From the NCBI GenBank assembly GCA_963708075.1, contig OY970194.1:4192001-4256000 (forward strand): a DNA stretch of 64,000 nt, in the 5' to 3' direction. Shown one piece after another: positions 32,017-42,088 of this stretch. Source of the stretch: Sedimentisphaerales bacterium. Its GTDB lineage: Bacteria; Planctomycetota; Phycisphaerae; Sedimentisphaerales; Anaerobacaceae. A program made the translations under genes and the position numbers. Every line of letters starts with the position of its first letter. Position 1 is the stretch's first letter. The notes under the pieces were generated by a model that had not been told where the DNA came from, did no database searches, and was given only the letters and a program-made list of their open reading frames with translations.

Positions 32017-33980
32017 GTCGGCTCGGCAAAGCCGAGTGAAGTTGCTAACTCGCAACAACTGAAAAAGATTTCCAGATCTTCATGCGGCGGCTTTGTTAAG
32101 TTGTTCTGTGGTGGCCTTTTGCGTTAGCGAGATGGTAGCGATGATTTTGGCTCCGTTCGCGGTCAGGCGATACTTGCGAGTCTTGGGCAGACGGCGGATG
32201 ATCTTGTGCTCTCGCAATAGCCGCAGCAGATACGTCACCTTCGCCGAGACCTCCTTGGCAGGACGGTTTGGATAGAGACGGCCGGCAATATCCCGATTGC
32301 GGAAATCCCCGACCAGTCCACAGGTCGCCACCGCCGCCAGCAGTTGCTGGTCCGCCTCGGACCAGGGTCGCAGCGCCCGGATCGATTTGCCCCTGCGGAT
32401 GTGACGCCGGCAGATGGGCGAGACCACTTCTTCCACTCGCTCACTGGTGTCGAGCTTGGCCAGGGCTTCGAGGTAGCGGTCATTGACTTGTTGCGAGACT
32501 TGACTGCGGGCGTATAAGTCCACGATGCCCTTGCTCATGGGCAGCATCCTCTTGGAACCCTGGGGATCGCGTTCGGACCGGCGGTAGACACGAAAGGCCC
32601 GAGCGTTGTTGATCGTGCACTCCGTACGCAGGATCGAGCCGGCCTTGTCATAGACCTTGACGGAGTTGGCGTGTGCCTGGTGCTTGACCCGAATTCCTTC
32701 GGGACGATCCCGGTAACTGCTGATCACCTCCTCCTGGCAGTTGGGATACAGACGCTTGCCGAGGAACCGCAGCACATCCTTGCTGCCAAAGGCGATCATG
32801 GAGCCACGCACCAGTTGGGGATAGATACGGCCCAACGCCTTGGGATCATCAAAGGCGATATCCGTCGCCCATTCGGTCTCATGACTGGTCCAGTAGTAGT
32901 GCAAAGGAAAACCGGCAAACATCGTCTCGTGGGCCGGATTGAGGAATCGTGCGATGCGGCCGAACTGCCGGCACCAATCGGTGCGGTGCAGTTGGTCCAT
33001 CAATGCCTGAGCCCGTGGAAAATCAGCCATCCAGGGAAAGCAGTTGTCACACCGCCGGTACGCCAGATGCTCTTGATCCATCCTCTTGGCCAGCCATTCG
33101 CGGCCGTTCATCCACATCTGAATGGCAAAGGGAAACCACGTTTGGATGCGGGCGCCCATGAACCCGAAGTAGGCATCGTACCAGTAATGGTACAGGTGCA
33201 TGCACTTGCCTTGAAACAGCTCCAAATCCAGCGTCTTGGCCTGGCGATTCTTATGAAGCTTGTAGGTCATGCATGGCTCAATCGTACGCAGAATGCAAAT
33301 CAGTCCCTCCCGGATGCCATCGCGGGCAGCGATGTCCAAAGCGACTTGTTCCTTATTGGTTCGGCTGGAGTGCAGGTACACATTGGGTCGGCCGGCCTGT
33401 TCGGCCTTGGCCACAGAGGCCTGGATCAGTTGCGCCGTCTTGTCCAGGGCGTACTGCTTGAAGTCCTTCATGAGAATGCTGCGATACGCCAGGTAGGAAC
33501 ACATCCCCGCCAGGTTGGCCACCAGGCGAAGGGTCCCACGAAAAACGATGCGGTCCCAGCCGCTCAAAACCCCTATAATGTGCTTCTTGTGCTTCTCCAT
33601 GAACGATTGCATGGCATCCTCCTTGAAAAAACAGGTTGTCAGGTACAGCAACCAGCATAGCAGGGATGGATGCCTTTTTCATTCCAGAGGCTTGTGATCA
33701 TCCTTTTCCTTTTTGCCCTCGATAGGCTTGGGGCAAAAAGGAAAAGGGTGACCATCGTGGACAACAAGCGGGGCCAGCAGCGTCCACGGAGTGTGAGCAA
33801 GAAAAATGACAGGCGAGTCACGAGGGCGGATTCAACATCGCCGAGGATCGCGACTCTCGCTGGCGGCCCAGACTCGTGACCGAGACCACGCCTGGCATGT
33901 TCTTGCCACACGCAGTAGCTGCGGTCGAACGAGAACGCACATGCGATACGCCTTTGGTTGCGGCCGAAGGCCGCGCCAAG
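32017..33980 (-). mobile_element. Putative unclassified insertion element with subterminal hairpins
   Basis: Hairpins CTCGGC-AAA-GCCGAG (32022-32036) and GCGGCC-GAA-GGCCGC (33960-33974). It abuts a truncated repeat at 33981. No TIR or TSD seen. Confidence 0.55.
32080..33612 (-). CDS. Putative Rep-like (Rep_trans-type) transposase with C-terminal winged helix, 510 aa
   Basis: RBS AAGGAGGA; motifs 'GVLSGWDRIVFRG', 'TEWATDIAF', 'NSVKVYDK.GSILRTECTIN', C-terminal 'LLRLLREHKIIRR...RKYRLT..G'. Family assignment is inferred. Confidence 0.6.
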   Translation of the reverse strand: MQSFMEKHKKHIIGVLSGWDRIVFRGTLRLVANLAGMCSYLAYRSILMKDFKQYALDKTAQLIQASVAKAEQAGRPNVYLHSSRTNKEQVALDIAARDGIREGLICILRTIEPCMTYKLHKNRQAKTLDLELFQGKCMHLYHYWYDAYFGFMGARIQTWFPFAIQMWMNGREWLAKRMDQEHLAYRRCDNCFPWMADFPRAQALMDQLHRTDWCRQFGRIARFLNPAHETMFAGFPLHYYWTSHETEWATDIAFDDPKALGRIYPQLVRGSMIAFGSKDVLRFLGKRLYPNCQEEVISSYRDRPEGIRVKHQAHANSVKVYDKAGSILRTECTINNARAFRVYRRSERDPQGSKRMLPMSKGIVDLYARSQVSQQVNDRYLEALAKLDTSERVEEVVSPICRRHIRRGKSIRALRPWSEADQQLLAAVATCGLVGDFRNRDIAGRLYPNRPAKEVSAKVTYLLRLLREHKIIRRLPKTRKYRLTANGAKIIATISLTQKATTEQLNKAAA

Positions 33981-34090
33981 TTCATCGGCGTTCATCTGCG
34001 GTTGGAGAGCAGTTGACAGTTGTCTGTGGTCGGTTGTCAGTTGTGGCGTGCACGCCTTCGTGCTTTCTTCGTGGTCTTTGTGGTGGATCG
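33981..34090. repeat. Repeat cluster
   Basis: TTCATCGGCGTTCATCTGCGGTT, GTTGTCA/GTTGTCT heptads, CTTCGTGCTTTCTTCGTGGTCTTTGTG. Confidence 0.65.
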
Positions 34091-35017
34091 TTTTCTCTTT
34101 CGCTTGTCTGCTCTGCGTCTGGCGGCCTGGGCTCTTTTGTAGACCGCTTTTATCCGCTCTTTGGGCCACTCTTCGGGGAAGTTCAGGTAGGCGAATTCGC
34201 CGTTGAGCTCGACGTTCTTGCGGTCGCTGGCGCGGGCGGCTTCGATCTCGTCGGTGTAGCGGCCGACGTGGACGCTTTTGCCGTTGTACCAGGCGGTGGA
34301 CCGCCACAGGTTCCGATTCTTGTCCCGCGTGACGCCTTTGTATTTCGAAGTCTTGCCTCGCGGGCGGCGGTTGCAGTTGTTCTGGCCGTAAGTGCACAGG
34401 CGCATGTTGGCCTTGCGGTTGTCCAGGCTGGTGCCGTCGTGGTGATCGACGACCTTGCCCTTGGGGGCCTTCATGATCTGGCGATGCATGAGGATGCATT
34501 TGCCCTTGGAGTTGCGAGCGGCGTACCATTTGCCGCAGGTGTAGTGGGCGGTCCATCGATAGCGGCTGAGCTCCTCGTAGTCCTCGGCGTCCACGATGGC
34601 GAACATGCCCTTCGTCAAGGCGATGTAGCGAACCTTGTCGTTCGGGGGCTCCGGCTCGGGGTAGCGGACCGGCGGCTCGCGCCGGCCGTGGAAGTTGCGG
34701 CACGTGCCGCACGGGAGCACCTCTTTGATCTTGCCCGGCGCGGCGGCACTGTTGACGCAGAGCAGTTGGCCCGGCCAGCGGGTCGTCAGCCAGCCGGCGA
34801 AGACGCAATAGGCGCAGGTCCGCTTGTTCGCCGGCTCCTGGCGCTGCTCGTTGTCTGCGGGAGGCCGCCCGCGTGCCCGGAATCGTTTCTCGTGCTCCGC
34901 GTCCTGCGGCCGATGACCGGCGGGCTCCACGGGAGCGTCCCCCGGCTCGATGCTGGTCGATGGAAGGCGCTGCGGAGCGCTCGTCCCACTTTCTGTCCTG
35001 TGCTCTGCATTGTCCAT
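34037..35017 (-). CDS. HNH endonuclease-AP2 domain protein with Cys-rich N-terminus
   Basis: 'MHRQIM...VVDHHDGTSLDNRKANMRLCT', AP2 'SKYKGV...W.......HVGRY.DE.EAARA.D', N-terminal CAYC..C..CGTC. Confidence 0.85.
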   Translation of the reverse strand: MDNAEHRTESGTSAPQRLPSTSIEPGDAPVEPAGHRPQDAEHEKRFRARGRPPADNEQRQEPANKRTCAYCVFAGWLTTRWPGQLLCVNSAAAPGKIKEVLPCGTCRNFHGRREPPVRYPEPEPPNDKVRYIALTKGMFAIVDAEDYEELSRYRWTAHYTCGKWYAARNSKGKCILMHRQIMKAPKGKVVDHHDGTSLDNRKANMRLCTYGQNNCNRRPRGKTSKYKGVTRDKNRNLWRSTAWYNGKSVHVGRYTDEIEAARASDRKNVELNGEFAYLNFPEEWPKERIKAVYKRAQAARRRADKRKRKRSTTKTTKKARRRARHN

Positions 35018-35287
35018 CTTCTGCCCTCCCAAAGGCGGTTCCGGACGATTCCCAGGAGGGCCGCGGACGAGAACACGCGCCCCTCCACTAGGGGACGAAA
35101 GTGCGCGAATCGGTCGAAAAAAGTGAAGGATCGAGGGAGTGGAGAGCGCTATAACTCATTGTGGGCAAAGGAATAGAAAAAATCCTGCACGGCAGCCGTT
35201 TTCACTTCCAAACCGGCGCACGAATCGTGCGAAAATCGACCGAAAGTGGTACGGGGGGCGATTGTGTTCCTGCGCCGGTCGGGCGGC

Positions 35288-35473
35288 TCAGGTGTAGTTG
35301 ATGTTTCCGAAGCCGAGGAAGGCCCGGCAGTGGGGGCAGAGGAGGAACTGCTTACGCTCGATGAAGCCCATGCCCTTGGACTTCACCCAGATGAATCGCA
35401 GTTCTTTGTGGCAATGGGGACAGAGCGGCCAGACATCCTCCGGCGCTTCCGTGATATCGAGCTTTTCCTTCAT
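35288..35473 (-). CDS. Small zinc-ribbon protein
   Basis: Two CPHC motifs; RBS AGGAG. Confidence 0.65.
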   Translation of the reverse strand: MKEKLDITEAPEDVWPLCPHCHKELRFIWVKSKGMGFIERKQFLLCPHCRAFLGFGNINYT

Positions 35474-35522
35474 TTCGATTCTCCTGTGCTGAAGGGGCGC
35501 AAGAAGCCGAGGGGTCGTGGCT

Positions 35523-36155
35523 CTATCTGCGCTCCCAGGTCACTCTGAACTCGGGGGTGACGGCGTAGACGAGATCGTTGACGAGTCCGGCGTAGGCGTT
35601 GTCCGGGTCATCGATGTCGAGGCTGACGTTTTTGTTCGCGGAGAAGCTGGCGCCGCCGATCCGCTGCGTGGCGTCGGCGGAGCGGCTCCAGAGCGATGCT
35701 CCGCTGGCGGCCTCGACTATCTGCACGGCGAACGTGGCGTGCACATCCGCGGAGACCCCGATGCTGGTCAGGCTGTGGAAGACGGAGATGTTCGGGCGGA
35801 CCTCAGAGAGCACGAGATCGCCCGTGACAATCGTCTGGACGCCGTACTTTTCGCCGATCGCCTTGAAGGCGGCCGGATCGAGCCGGGGCTGACCGATCGC
35901 CTGGAGAACCTCGCCCTCGGTCCCCAGTCGCGTGAAGCGCACCATGCCCTGGTCCTGCCTTGCCGCCTCGATGAATCGGCCCGTGGCGAGGGGCCCGAGC
36001 GCATCCTGCGAGGTACAGGGGAACTCGATGACGCCGATGATCTCGTGCGCCTTGAGGTCGATCCGGGGAGGGATCATCACCCTGGTCCTGGACCCGCACC
36101 CGCATACTGCCAGTGACACTACCAAAATCGCGGCCGGCCCAAACGCTCGTACCAT
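35523..36155 (-). CDS. Lipoprotein (CsgG/TolB_N-like fold possible)
   Basis: Lipobox-like signal; 'AIGEKYGVQTIVTG', 'IVEAASGASLWS'. Confidence 0.6.
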   Translation of the reverse strand: MVRAFGPAAILVVSLAVCGCGSRTRVMIPPRIDLKAHEIIGVIEFPCTSQDALGPLATGRFIEAARQDQGMVRFTRLGTEGEVLQAIGQPRLDPAAFKAIGEKYGVQTIVTGDLVLSEVRPNISVFHSLTSIGVSADVHATFAVQIVEAASGASLWSRSADATQRIGGASFSANKNVSLDIDDPDNAYAGLVNDLVYAVTPEFRVTWERR

Positions 36156-36274
36156 GCAAAGGCTCCTTTCAAGCGCACCATGACCATAGTACTATCGGCC
36201 AAATCGGGGTCGCACCAAATGAGAAAACGAGGCAATGCTTCGGGGGTTGCACGACAGTAAATGGCAGTTGATCC

Positions 36275-36363
36275 GGGTGGCAGCGTCAAGGCCGTAGGTC
36301 TTGGCGATGGTTGCACCGTATCCGAGGAGGGCCATCGCCAAGCTGCGCTTGACGCTGCCACCC
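36275..36363. repeat. Inverted REP doublet (GGGTGGCAGCG family)
   Basis: GGGTGGCAGCGTCAAG...TTGGCGATGG and the inverted GCCATCGCCAAGCTGCGCTTGACGCTGCCACCC. Confidence 0.8.
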
Positions 36364-36438
36364 AGCCACCTCATGCTTGCTCTTCCAGAATCCTGTCGTG
36401 TACCCTCTTGGGTGGTATGAACGGTTCTTCGTGTTTTA

Positions 36439-36780
36439 TCAGCCGAGGTCGGTGTACTTGTCGGCCCGGCCGCGGGCCTTTTCGACGGGGTACTTGATCC
36501 TGTTGCGTTCGAGCTTGCGGCCGGCGGCGTCGAGGATGTCCACGCCCAACTGGTCGGCCAGGTTCAGCAGGCAGAGAGTGACGTCGCCGATCTCCTCCTC
36601 CACGGCCGCCTTCTTTGCCGCGGGCAAGTGCCGGCTCTCTTCCTCCGTCAGCCACTGGAAGTGCTCGATCAACTCGCCCACCTCGCCCGCCAGCGCCATC
36701 ACGAGATTCTTCGGCGAGTGGTACTTGCCCCACTCGCGCTCGCGATTGAACGCCCGGATTCTCTCAATCAATTCCTGCAC
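36439..36780 (-). CDS. MazG-like nucleotide pyrophosphohydrolase
   Basis: 'EREWGKYHSPKNLVMALAGEVGELIEHFQW', 'EEIGDV', 'KYPVEKARG..KY'. Confidence 0.9.
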   Translation of the reverse strand: MQELIERIRAFNREREWGKYHSPKNLVMALAGEVGELIEHFQWLTEEESRHLPAAKKAAVEEEIGDVTLCLLNLADQLGVDILDAAGRKLERNRIKYPVEKARGRADKYTDLG

Positions 36781-37083
36781 GAGTACACCCCACAGACAAC
36801 AAAAGTCGCATCTGCCGAATCCGGCCGGTGCGGACCGGCCACACGAGCGACTATACTCCCTTGCTCCTGAATCGACAAGATCCGATAGGGCAGAGTCTCG
36901 GCGCCGTGTCTGTGCAGGCTTGTGGGCATTGTTCCCATGGTTTCTCAGATGCCTGGCACCATCGGCAAGCTTCGCTGCTCTGCGCTTGCCGCTGCCACCC
37001 ACCACGGGGCCTTTGGAGAGGGTCGGATCGAGCCTTCAAGGGACCGCCGCTCTATCTCCACAGACAATTGACCCCCTATCGTA

Positions 37084-38272
37084 TCATCTGTGACGAACTG
37101 TCTTCCCCTGGGTCGTGGACGGCATCGGCGGGACTTGGACGGATTGGGTTTGCGGGGTTGAGGGAGCCGGATTGAAGGCCATGGCGGGGCCATACTTCTC
37201 GGCGACTTCCCTGTTGATCTGGGCAATGATGGGCGCGAAGTCGGTGGCGGGGTAGATCCTCTTGCCCTTGCCATCCGGATAGACGATGCGGAGGACCTTG
37301 CCGCGTTCCCACTCGTGCGGCTCGATCTCGACGTAGGCCGAGAAGCCATATTTCGAGAGGGCGTCGAGCGTGGGGGCCGGATAGGACGCCGGCTCGACCC
37401 CGGCCGGCGGGGCCAGTGGGAGGCGCCGGAGTGACAAAACCGTCGTCAGCTCCGATGTCGGTATTCCTTCTTTTCATGCTCGTCAGCATCCCGGTGCCGC
37501 TGTACCATTTGCCCCGGACGGACTCGCTGGCCTTCCTCGCCACGGCGGCCGGTTGCACACCGAGTTTACGCATCTCTTCATCGATGGCGATGGCCATAGC
37601 CTCGTCATAGGGGTGCTCCGTGTCCCGCAGGGCCCTCGCGGCGATGATGACCCCGAGGAGATTCGAGTAGCTGTCTTCCCAGGAGAACGCGGAGTGCGAC
37701 TCACGGATCACACCGACGGAGCGGAAACCATACCACGTGATGATCTCGTGCCAGGAAACCATGTTGAAGGCCAGGTACGGACTCATCGCAAGGGCCACCT
37801 CGCGAGCGACCTCGGCGCGCTGCTCCTGCGGCAGGCTCTGCCAGTTGTCGGGATAGGAGATGTGCACGGTGTGCCGGGAGCGGTCGGCGATCAGCCCGTA
37901 GGAGAAGCTGCCATCGCCATGCATCAAGTGCCGGTAGCTTCTGGCGGCAAGATAGGCGGTCCAATCCGCGGCGATGCGCACGTGCATCGTATCGATATGC
38001 CCGCCCCGCGTGGTGTACGCGATCCCGTTCTTCTCCGACGTCCGGAAGTAGTAGCCGTGCTTGCCGAGGTTTGCGCCGAGGAACGGTGCGCCCCTGGATG
38101 CACAGGGCGTGACGCCGCGACGCAGCCTCGGGGGGAGATTGAACCCAGTGACGACGACCTCGCTGGCCGGCTCGGACATACCTTTATCAGGGAGCACCTG
38201 GCAGCCTGCCGCCGCCAGCCCAAGCGTGAAACCAAGCAGGAGGAATTTACCGAAGACCCGTCTGCTTTCCAT
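37084..38272 (-). CDS. DUF4056-like lipoprotein; apparent frameshift near 37425
   Basis: Lipobox AAG-C; 'YT.RGGHID..H.R..AD.T', 'WHEI', 'SAFSWED.YSNLLG'. Confidence 0.7.
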
Positions 38273-38534
38273 CGTTTTCTCTCAATTCCAGCGTCTATAT
38301 CTCAACCGCGTTCTTCTTTCGGAATCATCAATATCATAGTAGGGTCAATGGGCAGGGTTTGTTTGGGAATGTGCCCTAAGGCCAGTGCTCGAATCGGGCT
38401 TGAAAATCCCTGACAGGCATCTACGAGTCGGGCGGGCGCGGCTTAGTACTCACGCGCAGTCCAAATCCCCTGTTGGCCTCATCAGGCGAAGCTCGTTTGT
38501 ACTGTGCCCGACAGGGCATGCAATGTGTGCCGGG

Positions 38535-40142
38535 TTACTGCGGCGCCGCCGATTGGAGCCAGCGAAGCGAGAGCAGGCGGAAATCCTCGGCATCGACGCG
38601 GCAGTCGCCATTGATGTCGGCGGCGTCGATGGACTGGCAGGGCTCGGCGCCGAACCAGGATTTGCTCGCCTCACACGTGCCGCCGTAGACGCCCATATTC
38701 ACGCGGCCGCCGTTGGGGAACGGCTCCTGCTCGACCGGACTATTCGGGTCGCCCGCGTCGATGCACGGGCTGGTAACGTCGTCGAGCACCCACGCGAGAG
38801 ATTCGCCATCCCAGTGGCCGGCCTGCGATATCAAGTGGAAGTCGTTCTGGTCGGGAGCCACGAAGAGGGGATCGACGCCGATGTTGCCGATGCCGCCCCG
38901 TTGGGGCGTCCAGCGCTCGATGCAGCAGTATTCGAGCCTGATCTGATTGGGGTCACCGCTGACCTGGGCGTCGTAACCCGTTACGCCGTTATGCAAGCTG
39001 CGATTCCCCCAGAAGATGCATCCACGGGCCGTCACGGCAGCGGAATTGTCCGCGGCCCAGAGGGCTCCCGCGCGCCCGCCCTCCTTGTAATCCCAACTGA
39101 CGTTGCCGTAGAACGTGCACTGCTGGAGGGACACGGAGGCGTCCGCCACGCAGAGTGCTCCCACGTAGCCGCCGCGGTTCCCGGAGAACAGGCAGTTGAC
39201 GATCCGGGCCCCACCGCCGGCACAGACTACGCTCGCTGTGCTGTCGAGCCCGGAGTTATCGATAAACGTGCAGTACAGCAGGGACATTTCGCCCTCGTTG
39301 TGGAGGACCCCCAGGCCCTGCGCGGAGCGATTGGCGCGAAACAGACAACCGAAAAAGACCGCCTGACCCCTGTCGTTGGCAACGCCACATCCGGCGTAGC
39401 CGCAGTCGTTCTCGACAAACTCCGAGGCGATCACCTGAACCGAACCCCGGTCGTTGCGCAGCCAGCCGGAGATAGCTCCGGCCCAGTTATGGGTGAAGCG
39501 GCAGTCCTCGATGTACAGATTTCCTTTGTGGTTGTACACGCCGGCGTTCCCGTCGTCGGCGCCGTTGTCCCGAAACGTGCAGTCGCGCACGACGAGGCTT
39601 CCGCCCTCGTTGTACAGGGCGGCCTCGCGCTCCTCGTCGTCGGCGTAGCCGTGCGCCATGATCAGGCCATCGAGCACGGTGCCGTTGCTCACGCCGTCAG
39701 CCATGACCACATGGAAGCTGTTGTCGGACCAAGTGCTCCGGTCGTTGGGGTCATCGTTGCCGGCGAGATCGCCCGTCAGAACGGTGGCGAAGAGCGTGCT
39801 ATCCCGCAAATCAGGGTCTGCCGCCCCTACGCCGGCGAAGCCGCCCTTGATCGTGACGCCGTCGGGCGCTCGAAAGGTGGCATTGCGATCACCCGCCGTA
39901 TTACCGCCGCCCCGATCGGGCAGATACACCCCCTGTGCAACGCGAATCTCGTCCCCGGCAGACGCGACGGCCAGCGCATCCTGCAAGTACCGCAAGGCGG
40001 CGGCCCAGGACGCACCATCCCGGGGCCCCGCGGCATCGTCGTCCACATAGATGGTCCGCGCCCACATCGGGCTCAATCCTCCCGCCAGAACTAAGCACGG
40101 CAGGACCAACATTGTTGTTCTCACGCATCGCTTCGTGCCCAT
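38535..40142 (-). CDS. Secreted parallel beta-helix repeat protein with dockerin-like C-terminus (copy A)
   Basis: 'IYVDDDA', 'C.F..N' repeats, 'SPCIDAGDP', 'ADINGDCRVD..DF'. Confidence 0.8.
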   Translation of the reverse strand: MGTKRCVRTTMLVLPCLVLAGGLSPMWARTIYVDDDAAGPRDGASWAAALRYLQDALAVASAGDEIRVAQGVYLPDRGGGNTAGDRNATFRAPDGVTIKGGFAGVGAADPDLRDSTLFATVLTGDLAGNDDPNDRSTWSDNSFHVVMADGVSNGTVLDGLIMAHGYADDEEREAALYNEGGSLVVRDCTFRDNGADDGNAGVYNHKGNLYIEDCRFTHNWAGAISGWLRNDRGSVQVIASEFVENDCGYAGCGVANDRGQAVFFGCLFRANRSAQGLGVLHNEGEMSLLYCTFIDNSGLDSTASVVCAGGGARIVNCLFSGNRGGYVGALCVADASVSLQQCTFYGNVSWDYKEGGRAGALWAADNSAAVTARGCIFWGNRSLHNGVTGYDAQVSGDPNQIRLEYCCIERWTPQRGGIGNIGVDPLFVAPDQNDFHLISQAGHWDGESLAWVLDDVTSPCIDAGDPNSPVEQEPFPNGGRVNMGVYGGTCEASKSWFGAEPCQSIDAADINGDCRVDAEDFRLLSLRWLQSAAPQ

Positions 40143-40188
40143 TGGTCTTTCCTTCCACTATTGGATCTGCGTGATCAGTTCCTCTCGT

Positions 40189-41792
40189 TTACTTGTCCAC
40201 CTGCGGCCAGCGCTGGAGGGCTAGGCGGTAGTCCTCGTCGTCCACCCGGCCGTCGCCATTGAGGTCAGCAGCGTTGACACCCGGGCCGGGCGCGACGCCG
40301 AACCAGGATTTGCTCGCCTCGCAGGTGCCGCCGTAGGCGCCCATGTTCACCCGGCCGCCGTTGGGGAACGGCTCCGGCCCAACGGGGCTATTCGGATCGC
40401 CTGCGTCGATGCAGGGACTGGTGACGTCGTCCGCCACCCACGCCAGGGCCGCGGCATCCCAGTGGCCGGCTTGCGATTTCAGGTGAAAGTCGTTCTGGTC
40501 GGGCGCCACAAAGAGGGGATCGACGCCGATGTTGCCGATGCCGCCCAGGTCCGGCGTCCAGCCCTCGATGCAGCAGTATTCGAGCCTGATCCGGTTGGGA
40601 TCGCCATCGAACTGGGCATCGTAACCAGTTACGTCGTTATGGTGATGCAAGTTGTGATTGCCCCAGAAGATGCAGCCGCTGGCTGTCAGGGTACCGGCAT
40701 CCAAGCGGGCGTTGGGGCCCAAGACAGCTCCCGCGCATCCTTCCTCCACGCTGGTGTTGCCGCAGAACGTGCACTGTTCGAGGGACACGGGGCCGTCCCC
40801 CACATGGAGCGCCCCACAAAGAAACCTCTGTTGCCCGCGAACAGGCAATTGGCGATCCGGGTCCGGCCTGCGCCGCAGGTTACGCCCCCCTCGCCGTCGA
40901 GCGCGTGGTTGTCGATAAACGTGGAGTACAGCAGGGACATTTCACCACCGTTCACGACGACCCCCATGCCCTCCCCGGAGGAATTGGCGCGGAACAGGCA
41001 ACCGAAAAGGACCATTTCACCCTTGTCGTTGAGAACGGCGGGCGTGCCGTCGCCGCAGCGGTTCCCGATGAACTCCGAAGCGATGACCTCGACCGAACCC
41101 TGGTCGTTGTTCAACGCGCCGGTGAGTTCCCAGGTAAAGTTGTCGATGAAGCGGCAGTGCTCGATGCGCAGAGTGCCTTTATGGTTGTAGACGCCGGCAT
41201 TCCCGTTGTCGGCGCGGTTGTCACGGAACGTGCAGTCGCGCAGGATAAGGCTTCCTCCCTGGTTGTACAGGGCGGCATCATGCTCCTCGTCGGCGTAGCC
41301 GTGCGTGATGGTCAGGCCGTCGAGCATGGTGTCGCTGCCCGCCCCCTCAGCCGTGACCACGTGAAAACTGTTGTCGGACAGAGTGCTCTGATCCTTGAGG
41401 TCGTCATTGCCGGCGAGATCGCCCGTCAGAATGGTGGCGAACAGCGCGCTATCCCGTAGATTGGGGTCTGCCGCTCCCACGCCGGCGAAGCCGCCCTTGA
41501 TCGTGACGCCGTCGGGCAGTCGAAAGGTGGCATTGCGGTCGCCCGCCGTGTTGCCGCCGCCCCGATCGGGCAGATACACCCCCTGTGCAACGCGAATCTC
41601 GTCCTCAGCGGACGCGACGGCCAGCGCATCCTGCAGGTACTTGAAGGCCGTGGCCCAGGAGGAGCCGCCCCCGGACCTCGGAGCGTCGTCATCTACATAG
41701 AGGGTCCGCCCGAATGCCGTGCCCGGCGAGCCCAGGAGGACTGTACAGAGTGATATCAGGAGCAGTATTCTGATATGTCGTTTCATTTGCAT
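40189..41792 (-). CDS. Secreted parallel beta-helix repeat protein (copy B); apparent frameshift near 40810
   Basis: Paralog of 38535-40142, split between ORFs 40686-41792 and 40189-40848. Confidence 0.8.
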
Positions 41793-42088
41793 GTGTTTCT
41801 CCTCTCATTATCGAGTCACGAATTGATCGCTCCGCCCCGCCGAGTAGTTCGACTTATCTGAGGCATTGGGTGGACCAGCCCTCTGCACAAGCAGCCGCAC
41901 GGGACCATGCTGTTTCTCAATTTCTATTCTCGCTCCACGGCAGAAATCCGTCACAATTTGACCCGATTCCTGACCGAATGCTCCCTGTGACGATAGGAGT
42001 GAGGATCGCGAACAATAGGGTTGACGGCGATGGGGGGCAGGGAGTATCGATAGAGGGACATGAGAAGCAACGTGTTGGAGGTATCGAA

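Noticed and set aside
38385..40094. Long antisense ORFs (e.g. 38385-40094, 48390-50210, 10896-12413)
   Set aside because: Shadow frames of GC-rich genes that have clear homology on the opposite strand.
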